Assembly: GCA_044892525.1 (NCBI GenBank) | Contig: CM097885.1 | Coordinates: 4,528,001-4,592,000 of the forward strand | Length of the DNA: 64,000 nt | Origin: Schmidtea polychroa | Taxonomy: Eukaryota | Direction: 5' to 3' | Shown: piece by piece, positions 39,136-52,148 of the stretch | Position numbering within the stretch: position 1 is the stretch's first letter | Layout of the letters: each line of letters begins with the position of its first letter | Made by a program: the position numbers and the translations under genes | Notes under the pieces: model-generated | The model's database searches: none | Told to the model about the DNA's origin: nothing | The model's input: only the letters and a program-made list of their open reading frames with translations

Positions 39136-39766
39136 TCTTTACAAAACTTTTATTAATAATTTACAAATAATAATTTACAACTGTGTAAAGATAAAAATAT
39201 AAGACAACGGATTTGTTAATCCCTGCTGTTTATCTCAACCTGCAAGAGATCGATGGCTCCTGTGCAGCACAACGATCGCAAAGTCGATGAAAGAGTTGGA
39301 TAAGCAAGTGGGAATTATTTTGGAACACCCAGAGAATACTAAAGTAAGTTGAAACTACTTTGTATTCGCTTAATTTTAACTACTCAAGGATAATATTTTA
39401 TCCCTTTAACAAATATTTTACTTCGATCAATTGTCTTTTCAAGCGTAGTTTCAATTTTCTCCGTCTCTTGTGAAATGTCTCGCTCAACAATTTATATGAA
39501 TTGTACAGATCAAAATATCCGATTAGATCTCTTTGGTTAATTAAAATCAAGCTAATCAAATTGTTTTCTTCTCGAAAATTTACTCAATTTACACGGTTAT
39601 TCTTTAATCACGTTTCTTCACAAAATGCACTATTTTTAATTTTAGTTCTTTGTCTGAAATTTGCGTCCTGACTTGTTCGTCAAATTATTCCTCTCCTGGT
39701 TCTCGTTTTGAACCAGTATTTATAATAAGGGTTAGTTAGTTATTCAAGCTCTACTCTGATTTTAAG

Positions 39767-40943
39767 TTGGATATGGCTAAAATGGTATTGATGACATTGG
39801 ACGGAGTTGCGGTTATGCTGGGTGGCTATAATGGAGTAGCAAAGATACTACAACGAGATATTCCATATTTATCAGCTCAGCATTGTGTTGCTGACAGAGA
39901 AGACCTTGGAATTGACGATGCTTGGCGGGGAATACCTTTAATGAAAACTCTAGAGACTTTATTAAGAACGGTGTACACAATGTTCAGTAGATCATCTGTG
40001 AAAAAAGACAAATTTCAAGATTTAGCTGCAGTAATAAAATGCGATGTTTTGAGTTTTAAACCTCTCAATGAGGTAAGGTGGCTTTCGCTGCACTTTGCAG
40101 TGATTCCATTTATTCAAAATTAGGATGTTTTGATTGAGTTGATGATGTATTGCAAAGGTGAAATTAAAAATTCAAATGATCCAATCTCTAAATATTGTGT
40201 TAACGTTTTTACTAATTCTTTGAAACGATTAGCTTTAACAGTGCTAAATGATGTTTTAACTGAATTAACTAAAATGAGCAAATTTTTTCAAAAAAGCGTG
40301 CTTTCTCCTATGGAGGCTCATCAATACGTAAAATCCACTATTAAAAGAATTCGAAGCCAGTATCTTGGAGAAACAATTTTTTGGAGCGAAGAAGTAATAA
40401 AACTTCTCAACACAAGCGATAATACTGTTGAAATTGTTGAATTTATCACAAAGCTATGTGGTCATCTAGAGTGCAGATTTCCAGAAGAAGAAATGAAAGA
40501 CTAGGAATCGCAAACAGCAACAACTTTAATTTTGGAAACCAAAACTTACTGAATCTTCTTAACAAATACTCGAAAATTATTCTAAATTGTAGTGAAGAAG
40601 TGAAGAAGCAAATTTTAAGCCAATATTCGAATTTTAAATTTTTATACCAAACCAAATTTAATTCTAATGTTGTAAGCAGTTTCGCGGATATGGTAGACCT
40701 TGCCAACAAGGAGGAGGAGTTTCTTTAATAGACATTTCTGCGACCTTTCAAGCATCCAGTGCAGATTGCGAGCGTGGGTTTAGTCAAATGAATGCCAATA
40801 AAACATAGGCCAGAAACAGATTGGAGACATTTCATTTGGACCATCTCACGCGTATCAAATTATTTTTAAGGCGTGGAGACGAAATTGATGTACAAAAAGT
40901 TTTCAATTTTTGGAAAAATAATAAAGATCGAAGTGGTAATTAA
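39767..40943 (+). pseudogene. hAT transposase pseudogene (ZNF862/C17orf113-like)
   Basis: DGVAVMLG..NGV, QHCVA, EVRWLS, FQASSADCERGFSQMN; stops and frameshifts. Confidence 0.85.
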
Positions 40944-40974
40944 ACTAAAGGATTTCAAACCCAATCAAATTCAA

Positions 40975-42175
40975 TCAACTTATTTGATATAAAAAATGCT
41001 GCAGCTTTTCTTCAGGTAAATATAGATGCTGCTCCACAAGTTTGAATATTTGCTTATCAAGATTTAAAGTAGAACACCTATTAAACATAGAAATTTTACC
41101 AGTTTTCACTTCATTAATCCACAGCTTAATTTTAGCCTTAAATCCATTTATTTTATCAGGCAACTGAGTATATTTTTATTTTTTCCTTGCATTTTACGAT
41201 TAAGCTCGTTAAGATGTTCATATATATCAGCTAAATACGCAACTTTCTATAGCCAGACGTTATCTTTCAAAGTTTTTCGATAAAAAGTGTCATTCTCGAA
41301 AAAATATTTTATTCCTCTTTAAGCTCATAAATTCTTGACAATACTCTTCTTCTTGACTTCAGAATGAAAAAGTAAAGTCTGATATTCAGACCCCATTTCT
41401 TCGCATAAAATTGACAATAACCGAGATTGAAGTGGCCTAGATTTAATCACGTTCACCATTTTAACTATTTCGTTTAACGTGATTTTTAGATCTTCTGGTA
41501 AACTTTGAGACATAAGAGCTTCCATGTGGATAAAACAGTATATTATTTGAATTTCATGATTTTCAGAGAGAACTTTAGCCACCAAGTCTTTAACAGTTCC
41601 TGTCATTGCAGCTGCACCATCTGTACATAAGCTAATGCAATTTTTCCAATATATGTTGTTATTGACAAAGCACTTGTTGATTACTTTAAATATTTTTTCC
41701 CCAGTTGTTCGATTAGGAAGTTCTTAGCAAAATAAATAATGTTCTTTCATTTCTTTTTCTTCACAAATACAAACAAATACCATAAGCTGAGCACAGTTAC
41801 TAAAGTCTGTAGATTCATCAACCTGTATCGAAAATATTTCTGAATCTTTAAATTTTTGTATTAATGTTGATTCTATGTCAATAGACATATTTCGTTAATA
41901 CGCCTACTAATTGTATTATTAGACAGTGGCACTTTTTCAATTTCTTTTGCTTCTGTCTGACTATTCATTCACTCTTCAAAGATTTTGCAGAGCCTACTTA
42001 ATTTTTTTTATTTTTTCAGTTACTGAATTTTCGAATAAAAAAAAATTAACATGTAAATATTAGTCGAACAATATTTACCACTTCAAAGATAATTAGTAAG
42101 AAAATATTTAAAAAATTCACGATTATCTTACGGCACATCAAAAATGTTTTGCGGCACACTGGTTGGAAAGCTATG
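40975..42175 (-). mobile_element. Charlie/Buster-type hAT remnant with left end
   Basis: Minus strand: PLSNNTISRRI, FSIQVDESTD, CTDGAAAMTG, CFIHMEAL, EMGSEYQTLLFHSEV; terminal CATAGCTTTCCAACCAGTGTGCCGC at 42175. Confidence 0.85.
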
Positions 42176-42504
42176 AGATAGATCTTGTACTCGGCTTTAA
42201 AATGAGCTATAAAATGAGCTATAAAATGAGCTATAAAATGAGCATGACCAAAAGTAGGTTGCCGCTGGAACAAAAACATTATCTTTTAAAAATATTAATA
42301 TTTAACTGAGTCATTGTCTTTGTTCCAGCGGAGACCTGTTTTTTGGATGAGTAATCGGATGAGTCATTGTCTTTGTGCTACAACTAACGATGAGTCATTG
42401 TCTTTGTTCTACAAAAATTTATTTTTAAAAAATTTTTCGACCGGGGGAGCGGTATGTCTTTGTTCCAGCGGAGACCTGTTTTAGCGGAGACCAATCCATC
42501 TACT
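42176..42504 (+). mobile_element. Polinton right terminus no. 3 (orphan)
   Basis: ctttaaaatgagctat and TGAGTCATTGTCTTTG shared with terminus 2; ccagcggagacc repeats; ends CCATCTACT. Confidence 0.72.
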
Positions 42505-44560
42505 GTTTGGATTTTAGGATTTTAAATTCAAATACAGTTAGACCAGCTTTTCCAATTCCTAATGTTGATGAAATGCTTGATTCTTTGTATGGAGCCAAAT
42601 ATTTTTTGTCGATCGACTTAGGAAATGCCTATTATCAAGTTGAATTGGATGAAGAGAGTAAATTGAATACAGCATTTTCTAAATTATTTTGTTTTAATAA
42701 GATGCCTTTTGGAATAGCTGCCGCACCATCAACGTTTCAAAAACCTATGACATTAGTAATTGGAGATATGATGTGGAATGAAGCATTAGTCTATTTAGAT
42801 GACATATTAATCTTTTCGAAAACTATTGAAGAACAAAAAGAAAGAATAAATAAACTTTTCCTTAGAATTAGGAAATCAGGACTAAAAATTAACTCTGAGA
42901 AATGCAAGTTCTTAGTATCTGAAATAAAGTTTCTTGGACATATAATTAATGAAAAAGGTATCAAAACAGATATTTCTAAGATTGAAACAATTAAAAATGT
43001 AAAGCAGCCTAATTGTGTGAAACATCTTAGGAGTTTTTTAGGATTGTGTAATTACAATAGAAACTTTATTCAAAACTACTCAAAAATAGCTAGGCCATTG
43101 GAATCTTTGATTGGAGGTAAAAACAAAGGTATTATTTGGACATCACAATGTGAAAAAGCGTTTGACGAGTTAAAACATAGTTTTATCAGTCCACCATTAT
43201 TATGCCATCCGGATTTTAATAAAACGTTCATTTTAGATACAGATGCTAGTTTTTGATTGAATTTTATCGCAAAGAGATGGCAATAATGAAGAAAAGATAA
43301 TCGCATATGGGTCATAAAGTATGAATAAACATGAAATTGGGTACTGTATAACATGGAAGGAATTATTATCTGTTTTCCATTTTACACAGCATTTTAAACA
43401 TTATCTCTACGGGAAAAAAATTATTTTAAGAACTGATCATAAGGCAATCACATTTATGTTAACTACTAAAAAAACCAATTACCGCTCAGTTTCAAAATTG
43501 GATAAATTTTTTAAGTAGTTTGGACTTGAAATTAGAATATCGCAAAGGTGAGAAACACAATAATGCCGACGCACTATCACGGCTGAATATAGGAAATTGC
43601 ACACAATGTCAGATGAATCAAATTGATGCTAAAGCAGAAAAAATTAAAACTAGAATTTTTAGCAATGTCAATAGAAGATCAAACATTTAAATGGCAAAAT
43701 AATTATGAAGAAATAATGAAAATAAAAGAAAATATCCAGAACGGCAAAACTGAAGATTATTATGTGGACAATAGAATTATTATGACTCATAATAATAAAA
43801 TATATATTCCTTCATATATGAAAAACGATTTTATTCTAGAAATCCATAAAGAATTGTGTCATGCAGGAATCAACAAAACTACAAATTACATAAAGAATTA
43901 TTACAATTTCCAAGAAATGAATAAAAGCATCAAGAGAATTATCACAACTTGTGAAATTTGCCAGAAACGTAAAACATTAACTGGGAAAACAAAAGAAGTT
44001 ATTGAAAAATGAATTGCGTATGAACCATTTGAAAAAATATATATTGATTTTGTGGCGCCTTTAAAATGACACCATCTGGCAAAGGATATGTGATGGCTAT
44101 AATAGATCATTTTAGTAAATATATAGTATTAAAAGCTGTAAGAACACAAGAAGAAAAGACATTAATTGATAATGTGAAAAGTTCGTGGATATTGAAGTTT
44201 GGACCGCCAAAGGAAATTCATGTTGATAAAGGAAAATATTTCGAATCTCAAGTTTCTAAAAATATGGCAGTAAAGTATCACTTGAAAATAGTTTATTCAA
44301 GCCTTTATCATCATCAATCTAATGGACAAATTGAAAGACAATTTAGAACGCTAAGAGACTGGATTTCATGCTGTCTGGAAGAGAAACAACTTAAGACATG
44401 GGAAGAAGCATTGCTTCATATAGAATTTGCAATGAAATCAACAATGCAGTCAAGTATAAAAGTTTGTCCTGTTAAAGTAATATATGGAAGGAAATTTTGC
44501 AAAGAGCATTTTACTAATAATCCGGAAATTGATACTCATATACATTCAACAGTGAATGAA
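42505..44560 (+). pseudogene. Ty3/Gypsy pol remnant (RT, RNase H, integrase), frameshifted
   Basis: LDFR, SIDLGNAYYQV, MPFG, YLDD, FILDTDAS, TDHKA, NADALSR, H..LCH...CEIC, IDHFSK, SNGQIER; related to the pol at 53775. Confidence 0.93.
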
Positions 44561-44885
44561 CTGACATTGTACATCCTATTTTGGTATCATTATGGGCTAA
44601 GGTCCGTTGAGTAAACTTAAGTATCCTAAAAACTGTACTAAATTAAACCTCGATGATAACAAAAAGACTGACTCGATACATTTGGTGTTGACAATATTCC
44701 ATGATTTCATTTATTACGACATTGGGATTTGATCAAGTTTCCTTAGTTGTCTCTGTTTCAAGGTCAACAAATGGTTTCTGAGGCACATAAATACATAATA
44801 ATAAAGCAATCATTGTATGATTTATACGAAAAAGAATGAAAAAAGATCAGTAGAAAACAATTTATTAAGAAAACATTTTAAATAA

Positions 44886-46532
44886 CTACTGAAAAAATGA
44901 GCCATCGGCGAAATCAGATTTATCTTTATGCATAGCCATGATGGGTGCAGGTCGAGGTTTATCAGATTCGTTGCGATGAGAATGGTTGCTGTGAGGAGCA
45001 TGTCTTCCAGAGTTAACTGGTGCTGAATGTGGATGATTGTACAAATGATGATGGTGATGATGGTGGTGATGAACCTCGAATGATGGCTGAGCTGAGAATG
45101 AAAGGTTATTTTGGAGATGATGATGGGCGTTCTGATATTCATTGCTGTTCATATGATGATGTCTATTGTTCATGATGTTTTCATTGTGAGCAGATGACAT
45201 TTGACTGTAGTTAATGTTTTCCGTTGTAAAATGCGAAAGGAATGATGATGCGTTGCTGGAGGAGGAGGAATTCGGTGTATGCATTTGGTTTACTATTTCT
45301 TCGAAAAAATGTCTTGTTTTGTTATTCATAACATTTTGATGATTATCCAAATGAGACTCACGAAAATTATAAGGTTGAGGATGTTGTGAATGTTGGAGAG
45401 GTTGATGAGGACCATTATGTCTCATACGGGTTATACCAAAGTCAGCAATATCTGGGGAATAACTGTCAGCGTTATGATTATTTGGGGATTCACGAATGAA
45501 AAGAGTTTCACGCAGATCCGTAGTTTCACGGGGTGCAATACGTTGTCTATGGGTGATTCCAAAATCAGAAATTTCTGGCGAATCACCGGCAACATTTTGA
45601 TTAGAATCAACATTGTTGAGGAATTCATGAATGACATGGGTTCCATGAGTGCTATGAGGTTGTTGAGATTGTTGAGGTACACTTGGTTCACTAGGTTCAC
45701 GGGGTGCAATACGTTGTCTATGGGTGATTCCAAAATCAGAAATATCTGGCGAATCACCGGCAACATTTTGATTAGAATCAACATTGTTGAGGAATTCATG
45801 AATGACATGGGTTCCATGAGTGCTATGAGGTTGTTGAGATTGTTGAGGTACACTTGGTTCACTAGGTTCACGGGGTGCAATACGTTGTCTATGGGTGATT
45901 CCAAAATCAGAAATATCTGGCGAATCACCGGCAACATTTTGATTAGAATCAACATTGTTGAGGAATTCATGAATGACATGGGTTCCATGAGTTTGTTGAG
46001 GTTCACTTTGTTCCCTAGGTTCACGAGGTGCAATATGTTGTCTACGGGTCATACCGAAGTCGGCAATATCTGGTGAAATGTTGTCAGAGTTATGAGTAGA
46101 ATTAACATTATTTTGGGATTGGGTTATGACCTGAGTTTCACGTGGAGCGATTTGTCGTCTATGGGTGATGGCAAAATCAGCAATGTCTGGTGAACAATTT
46201 GCTGATTTACTAGATCCATGGCTACTTAATAAATAAGAGTCGTTGGAAGTTGCCGAATTACCTAACGAATTAAGGTAAGAATAAGGAGAACACTTAAAGC
46301 TGCTTTGACTTCCACTGGAATTTTGAACTCTTAAAGAATTGACATCAAGTTGTCGTGGAAGATTATTGAGTTGGGTAATGTTACCATTCGACGACCCAGT
46401 TCCAGAGCTACTTGGCGTAAAACGGTGAGAACTTCCGAAGCTTGATGTTGATTGCGAATTGCGGTCCGTTGAGCGTCCTGATTCATTTGAATGTGATTGA
46501 GAGTTTGGAGTGAAATTATAATTACTGAACAT
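44886..46532 (-). CDS. Ser/Asn/His-rich low-complexity protein with internal repeats, unknown function
   Basis: 548 aa ORF with ATG start; six SPDI(A/S)DFGxT...APRE-type motifs; poly-His near the C-terminus; a spliced 3' end is possible. Confidence 0.75.
   Translation of the reverse strand: MFSNYNFTPNSQSHSNESGRSTDRNSQSTSSFGSSHRFTPSSSGTGSSNGNITQLNNLPRQLDVNSLRVQNSSGSQSSFKCSPYSYLNSLGNSATSNDSYLLSSHGSSKSANCSPDIADFAITHRRQIAPRETQVITQSQNNVNSTHNSDNISPDIADFGMTRRQHIAPREPREQSEPQQTHGTHVIHEFLNNVDSNQNVAGDSPDISDFGITHRQRIAPREPSEPSVPQQSQQPHSTHGTHVIHEFLNNVDSNQNVAGDSPDISDFGITHRQRIAPREPSEPSVPQQSQQPHSTHGTHVIHEFLNNVDSNQNVAGDSPEISDFGITHRQRIAPRETTDLRETLFIRESPNNHNADSYSPDIADFGITRMRHNGPHQPLQHSQHPQPYNFRESHLDNHQNVMNNKTRHFFEEIVNQMHTPNSSSSSNASSFLSHFTTENINYSQMSSAHNENIMNNRHHHMNSNEYQNAHHHLQNNLSFSAQPSFEVHHHHHHHHHLYNHPHSAPVNSGRHAPHSNHSHRNESDKPRPAPIMAMHKDKSDFADGSFFQ
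45525..46030. repeat. 171 bp (57 codon) coding tandem repeat, ~3 copies
   Basis: ttcacggggtgcaatacg at 45525, 45696 and 45867. Confidence 0.95.
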
Positions 46533-48063
46533 TGTTTTAATAAATATCAGTATTTTTTGACTTTATTTAAACAAATATTTTTATAAAAATAAAATTTAAT
46601 TTTGTCATTTGAAAAATAATTTCCAAAATAGATTAACAAAAAAATTTTCAATTTGAATTGTTTTTTAATTAATCTATTTGAATATTTTATTTGCATAATT
46701 TTCCTTTATTAAAACAAAAGTTTGTATGAGATTCAACAAAAATATTTTCCTTTATTATATTTAGTAAATTCTATTTTTCGTAAAAATTATTAAAATTTTT
46801 TAAAATTTTTGGAAATATATTTTATAAATTATTAAAATATTTATGTAAGAAACTAGAATTGTATATTTTATTAATATTTTTAATATTTAATATTTTATAA
46901 ACTTAAAAAGTTTTACATATTGAGGGTGTTTAAAATCTCTTTTAAAAGGTGTTTTTATTTAATCTTACAATTTTATTGTTTAATTTATTTAAATTTTAAT
47001 AAAAAAAAGAACTCATTATATACTGCAAACTGATCCCTTTCTGAGATGAATCTATCATGTCCATAATTTCTTAATTTCTTTACAAAATAAACATTTAAAT
47101 ATACAGTTAACTCTCACAACCTCACCGTGGACAAATATTTTCTGTAAATTTGCGTTAAACATAAACCAGCAACAAAATATTAATTAATTCTCTCAAAAGT
47201 AAAGAAAATAAAGCAAACTCACAATTTTTAAAAAATTCTGTTCATTTTTTTATATTTCTATTCCTGGCTCTGTTACATTGTTCAACTGAAGGAATGGAAT
47301 TTCAATGGAATGTTTCTGATAAAATATTAAAATTAATTTAATCAAAGGTTCATTGAGATCTCACTGATCAAGTTCGATGATGTCTATGTTGCTGATAATG
47401 TGAGAAATAATCCAGTAAGATCATCAGATTGAAATTTGTAAGTTAATAAAGTACTTTACCTTTAGTATGTAGATGTAAAACATCCAGCACATAGCGTTCT
47501 GATTGACTGATGGAATGTATGAATCATCAGAGTGATGACGAGATGATGAAATTTGCATGCATTTTCATTGTGTTTTGTGTTGGTATGTCTAATTATTTTT
47601 CTGTCACTTTTTCGACTCCTATAATAAATATGTTAACTTTCGGAACATTAAATTTTTAAGTCGCAGGTAAGTTTGTGTGTTCTTATAATATAAATTTATT
47701 GATTTCTTTTAGATTATAAACTATGTTAACTTTCGGAATTAGGTGTAGTCATTAAGTGGTCTGTAAAACTTATAAACAGCAAGAGACCCGTTTGACATAG
47801 ACCTCTAAATTCATGGGACTCCTAAAATATAACTTACAATAATATTAAGATCAAACAAAATGATAAAAGTTTTATTACACACTTTTAGTTAGAACAATTT
47901 ATTTACGATCAAGGCTCGAAAAGGGCTTTTTAATTTTAATATACAACATTTAGCTTTTGTTTTTTGATATTTTTTATCAGGTTCCTATTAATTTATATGT
48001 GCAACCAATCAAATCCAAGCAATTATAATGCATGCTAAAACATTAAACATTAAATATGACATA

Positions 48064-48539
48064 CAGGAATACCTCGCATAGTACGGTTTCGATCAGTACG
48101 GTTTCTCTATAGTACGGTTTTGAAATTTTCAAAATATGATTGTTTTTAAAATGATTAAATAAAATTTTCGAAATTTAAAAAAGTTTTTATAAATTAATTT
48201 TTTAGAATTTATTCGTTATTATGAAATCATACGGCACGTACGTAATAATTTGTTTTGTTAGTTGCAATGAATTGGTATTGCCGGCTTATAAATTTCAATA
48301 AATATACATTTAAATGTACAACTGTGTTAAATATGCTTGTTTTGCTCTTGAATATCAGAAAAATAAAAATACATAACAAAATAATTTTTGTTTACTAGAT
48401 TATAATCACGATTTTTAAATTTCTTAATAGGGGTACTAAGCCGTAAATTTATTAGCGCCAGAATGCCTCGAATAGTCCGGTTTCAAATAGTACGGCTAAA
48501 TTCCAGAACCGATTAACCGTACTGTTCGAGGTATTCCTG
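48064..48539. mobile_element. Tc1/pogo-type MITE with 25 bp TIRs and TA TSD
   Basis: ta|CAGGAATACCTCGCATAGTACGGTT ... AACCGTACTGTTCGAGGTATTCCTG|ta; internal TAGTACGG repeats. Confidence 0.9.
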
Positions 48540-48694
48540 TATTTCCAAAATAACATACCTAATAACATACAAGTTAATAAAAATGAAACACAATTAAAAA
48601 TTAATTAATTGACAAAAAGGTTTTAGTTATCAAAATCGATGAAAAAGATAAATTTCTCAATTTATTTCAGATAAAAATCTTTTTTCTTTTTTGT

Positions 48695-49253
48695 TAAATT
48701 CAATTGTCAAATTAATATCGTTGCTGGCGACACAGATTCCTTCTTTCTTGAGTGTAAAAATGTTGATTTACGCTTACAATTATATCCAAAAATCATTGCC
48801 GATGGGCTCTTAGATACTTCAAATTATCCAGTGACTGATCCGTTGTTCTCAGATAAAATTTGTTCAGTTATCGGGAAAGTCAAGGATGACAATAAAGGAA
48901 ATCAATATAAAGAATGGGTGTTCCTTTGACCCAAGTGCTACTCACTTCAAGGCGATAAAAACACTCTAAAAGCCAAAGGAATAAGACTTACAAATTCTAA
49001 TTTTACACAAGAAGCTTACAAAAAAGTGTATACTGATGGTGGAACTGTGAGCATCCCACAAAAAAGAATAAGAAGTGTCAATCATCAGTTGTATACTTTC
49101 ATGACAGAAAAACGAGCTCTCCAATGTTTGGACGATAAAAGGTATTGGTACAATTGTAATGAAAGCTATGCCTACGGTCACTATAAGATTCGTCAAATGC
49201 ATATTGCAACTGCTATGTCTAGAAATGAATGTAAATCGAAACAAGCACTTTAA
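48695..49253 (+). pseudogene. PolB C-terminal fragment (another Polinton subfamily)
   Basis: FNCQINIVAGDTDSFFLE...LLDTSNYP...VIGKVKDD...EWVFL*PKCYSL...KAKGI...DDKR...AYGHY. Confidence 0.92.
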
Positions 49254-49609
49254 CAATTAAATTTATGTGAATAATAAATATATATTGTGAATTATTTGAC
49301 TTAGTTAATTAAAATGTGTTTTATCATTTAATAATTCATTTGTCCAATTAATTTAGATAATTAGTTTCAAGTAAGAAATATTATTTTCGTGTTTATTTTA
49401 TTTATTTATTTATTTTTTCCGAAATATTAATATCCGGTTTATCTAAAATTAAATCATCATTTTATTTTATAATAAATTAAATAATTTCTAATTAAAATTT
49501 TATTCGAATTGAATAATTACTAATTAAAATTTTATTCAAATTGAAATATTATTGTTATAATTTACGCTCTTGTTAGAATATAATGTAAATGTAAAATTAA
49601 AAAAAAAAA

Positions 49610-50010
49610 TAAATAAATAATAATAATAATCATAATTAAATAACGTTAGTAATTAAAATAAAATATTAATAAACAAATTAATTAATTAAATGTAATAAAT
49701 TAAAAATTAATTAAAGTAAGTAATTAAAATATAACATCATAAAATAATTAATTAATTAAATTAAAGAGAAAAAATAAATAGAAGTAATTAAATAAAATTA
49801 AAATTAAAAAAATAATAATAATAATAATAATTAAATAGCGTAAGTAATTAAAATAAAATATTAATAAACTAATAAATTAATTAAATGTAATAAATTAAAA
49901 ATTAACTAAAGTAAGTAATTAAAATATAACATCATAAAATAATTAATTAATTAAATTAAAAAGAAAAAATTAAAAAGAATTAATTAAATAAAATGTTAAT
50001 TTAAAAAAAA
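49610..50010. repeat. AT-rich direct tandem duplication (~195 bp unit)
   Basis: gtaattaaaataaaatattaataaac...aaagtaagtaattaaaatataacatcataaaat occurs twice. Confidence 0.8.
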
Positions 50011-51142
50011 ATAATAAATGATTCAATTGACCTATATTTGATCTTCATATTCCATGACCTTGAAAGTGTCCTGGAGTCCTATTTTATATACTACTGTTTG
50101 CGTATAGCTTTATCTTTGGATAACCTTGATGAAGGAACTCATCTCAAACAATAGGAATGCAATGTGAAGCTAGAATAATTTTTTATATGAAACTTGAATT
50201 AATATTTTGGTAGAATTATAATATGGCTGCCATAAATTCCAATCGTATTGAGAAAATAGATCAGATAGTGACAACAATTGTGAGATCTCCTGATGATGTG
50301 TGTTGCATGTTCATAATGAAAGCTGCTCAATAAATAATTCAATTTCATATCAATAACTTCTTATTTATATGTGATAGGCTATATTATTAAATTAATTAAA
50401 TTAAAACTATTGTTTAAATATTCTTTTCATTCAAAAAACGATAAAATTCATGCATCATTCGACATCTCAGACGTTAAATCTCATCAAAATCAATAAAAAT
50501 ATATTCCAAACATTCGAGAAGCTGAAACCTTTGCTTTTCTAGATGTTATCTCTCTGCTGATAAGTTTGATCATCAACACCTATTCAATCAAAGAAATTTT
50601 CCTTAGAATACTGATTCGCGATTCCGTGGATTCTGATGATAAAGTTCGTAACGTGAGCCGGGCTGACCCACCCGTCTCCGATCGCCAAAAGGAGTCAATA
50701 AACAAAGTAATTCTAGATAAATATCCCAATACTTTCACATCGTACAATATTGGAGTCTACATGCCCAAATTCGAATTCATCAACAATATCAGTACAATCG
50801 ACAGATCAAGTGCCGATGCTTTCGTGGGAAAATTGACTGCTGGAGTAAATATTTCTATGATCGTTTTCAATATTGTATACAATAAAAACTTCATGCAAAT
50901 TAGTTTCATGTCTCTCCATTTATAAACACTGAAAAATGAATTCACAATCATGAGCAACAATAAAAGTTATTTAGAAATTATGTGGTTGTGGGTTTCGACC
51001 TAATAATCTCGTCATGGTTATAAGAGTTGGGATAGAACTACCAGGTGATAACGTGATTTGAATGATTGCCATTTTCATTTCATATAATAACAATGTGTTA
51101 AATCATATTAAGAAATAACTTTAAATAATAATAGTAAAAAAT

Positions 51143-51974
51143 AAATTACATCATAAATATCCATTATATATGTGTACTATATATAGTATTGTAATGACCT
51201 ATGATGGCTCTTTTATTCTATGCATCCCGATGGCCTTTATATTTTCATTTTTTATTTACTGGTTGTTGACTTGACTTCACTAAATAGAATAGAAAATTAT
51301 GTTATATACAGAAAATATTATATACAAAAAACAGTGACACCAAATTTTGATAACATGGTAAACTGACACATCCATGTTTCAATGACATTGATGTCCCGAT
51401 TCCCCAATGACTTGATATCCCGATTTCCAGATGTCTTTCGCCCTCAGTTGAGCAATGACTAAGAAAAGAATGAAGTAACAGAGAAGCCAGTTTTAGTCAT
51501 ACAGAGACCACGACTCGTCCTGACGGATTCACCTGACTCCTACATACAGAGTAGTCAGAATTAACCACCGATATTAAAGCATCAAATTGGTCAAGCTCAT
51601 AACAATAAATACTGAAAGCAAAATAATATGAATAAAGGGCAAATATTATTTTTAAATAAAATTAAGACAATTAATATAAATAGTGAAAACGATTAGATCA
51701 ATTTTTATTCAAATATTTGTTTAAATGCATTTCAAATTTTCAATTTTGCATCTGAGCAGCAATTTATCTCTTTGTGGCAGCAAATGAATTGATTGAGATA
51801 TCAAGGCAATTATAAATGCAAATGAGATCATTTCTATCATTTGATCATTTCCTCCATTTGCCATCATCACGATGGAGAATTCGTTGAGGCGAATTTACTC
51901 ATGAGTCACGCGTTATGCAGGAAATGGCCTAAATGTGGAAATAAGTATAATGACTCACAGAAATATTAATAAAT
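51143..51974 (-). repeat. Inverted copy of the TRAF 3' flank 17739-18625
   Basis: Reverse-complement match including the degenerate MATH C-terminus at ~51730-51875. Confidence 0.88.
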
Positions 51975-51975
51975 A

Positions 51976-52148
51976 AGCATGGATGAGTCATGGTCTTTGT
52001 TTAAATGACTTTGATGAGTCATATGTCTTTGTTAAAATTTTGACCTTGAAAAAAAAATTTTACCACCGTGGGGGGGTGTGGGGGTTTGTGAGCCAGCGGT
52101 GACGTGACATAGCGGTGACGTGACATAGCGGTGACACAACCATCTACT
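51976..52148 (+). mobile_element. Polinton right terminus no. 4 (orphan)
   Basis: 2x TGAGTCA, tgaccttgaaaa, G tracts, 3x agcggtgac(gtgacat); ends CCATCTACT. Confidence 0.72.

Noticed and set aside
45390..46076. Overlapping 228 aa antisense and 200 aa alternate-frame ORFs
   Set aside because: Confined to the 171 bp tandem repeat, so a stop-free unit is simply multiplied.
50566..50925. ORF with faint cadherin-like phrases (PKF...VGKLTA)
   Set aside because: Lacks DxD/DxNDN motifs; cannot be supported without a search.
50989..51030. Hammerhead-like ATGACGAG...GTCGAAAC on the minus strand
   Set aside because: Position 3 mismatch, weak stem II, no convincing stems I or III, and no Penelope context.
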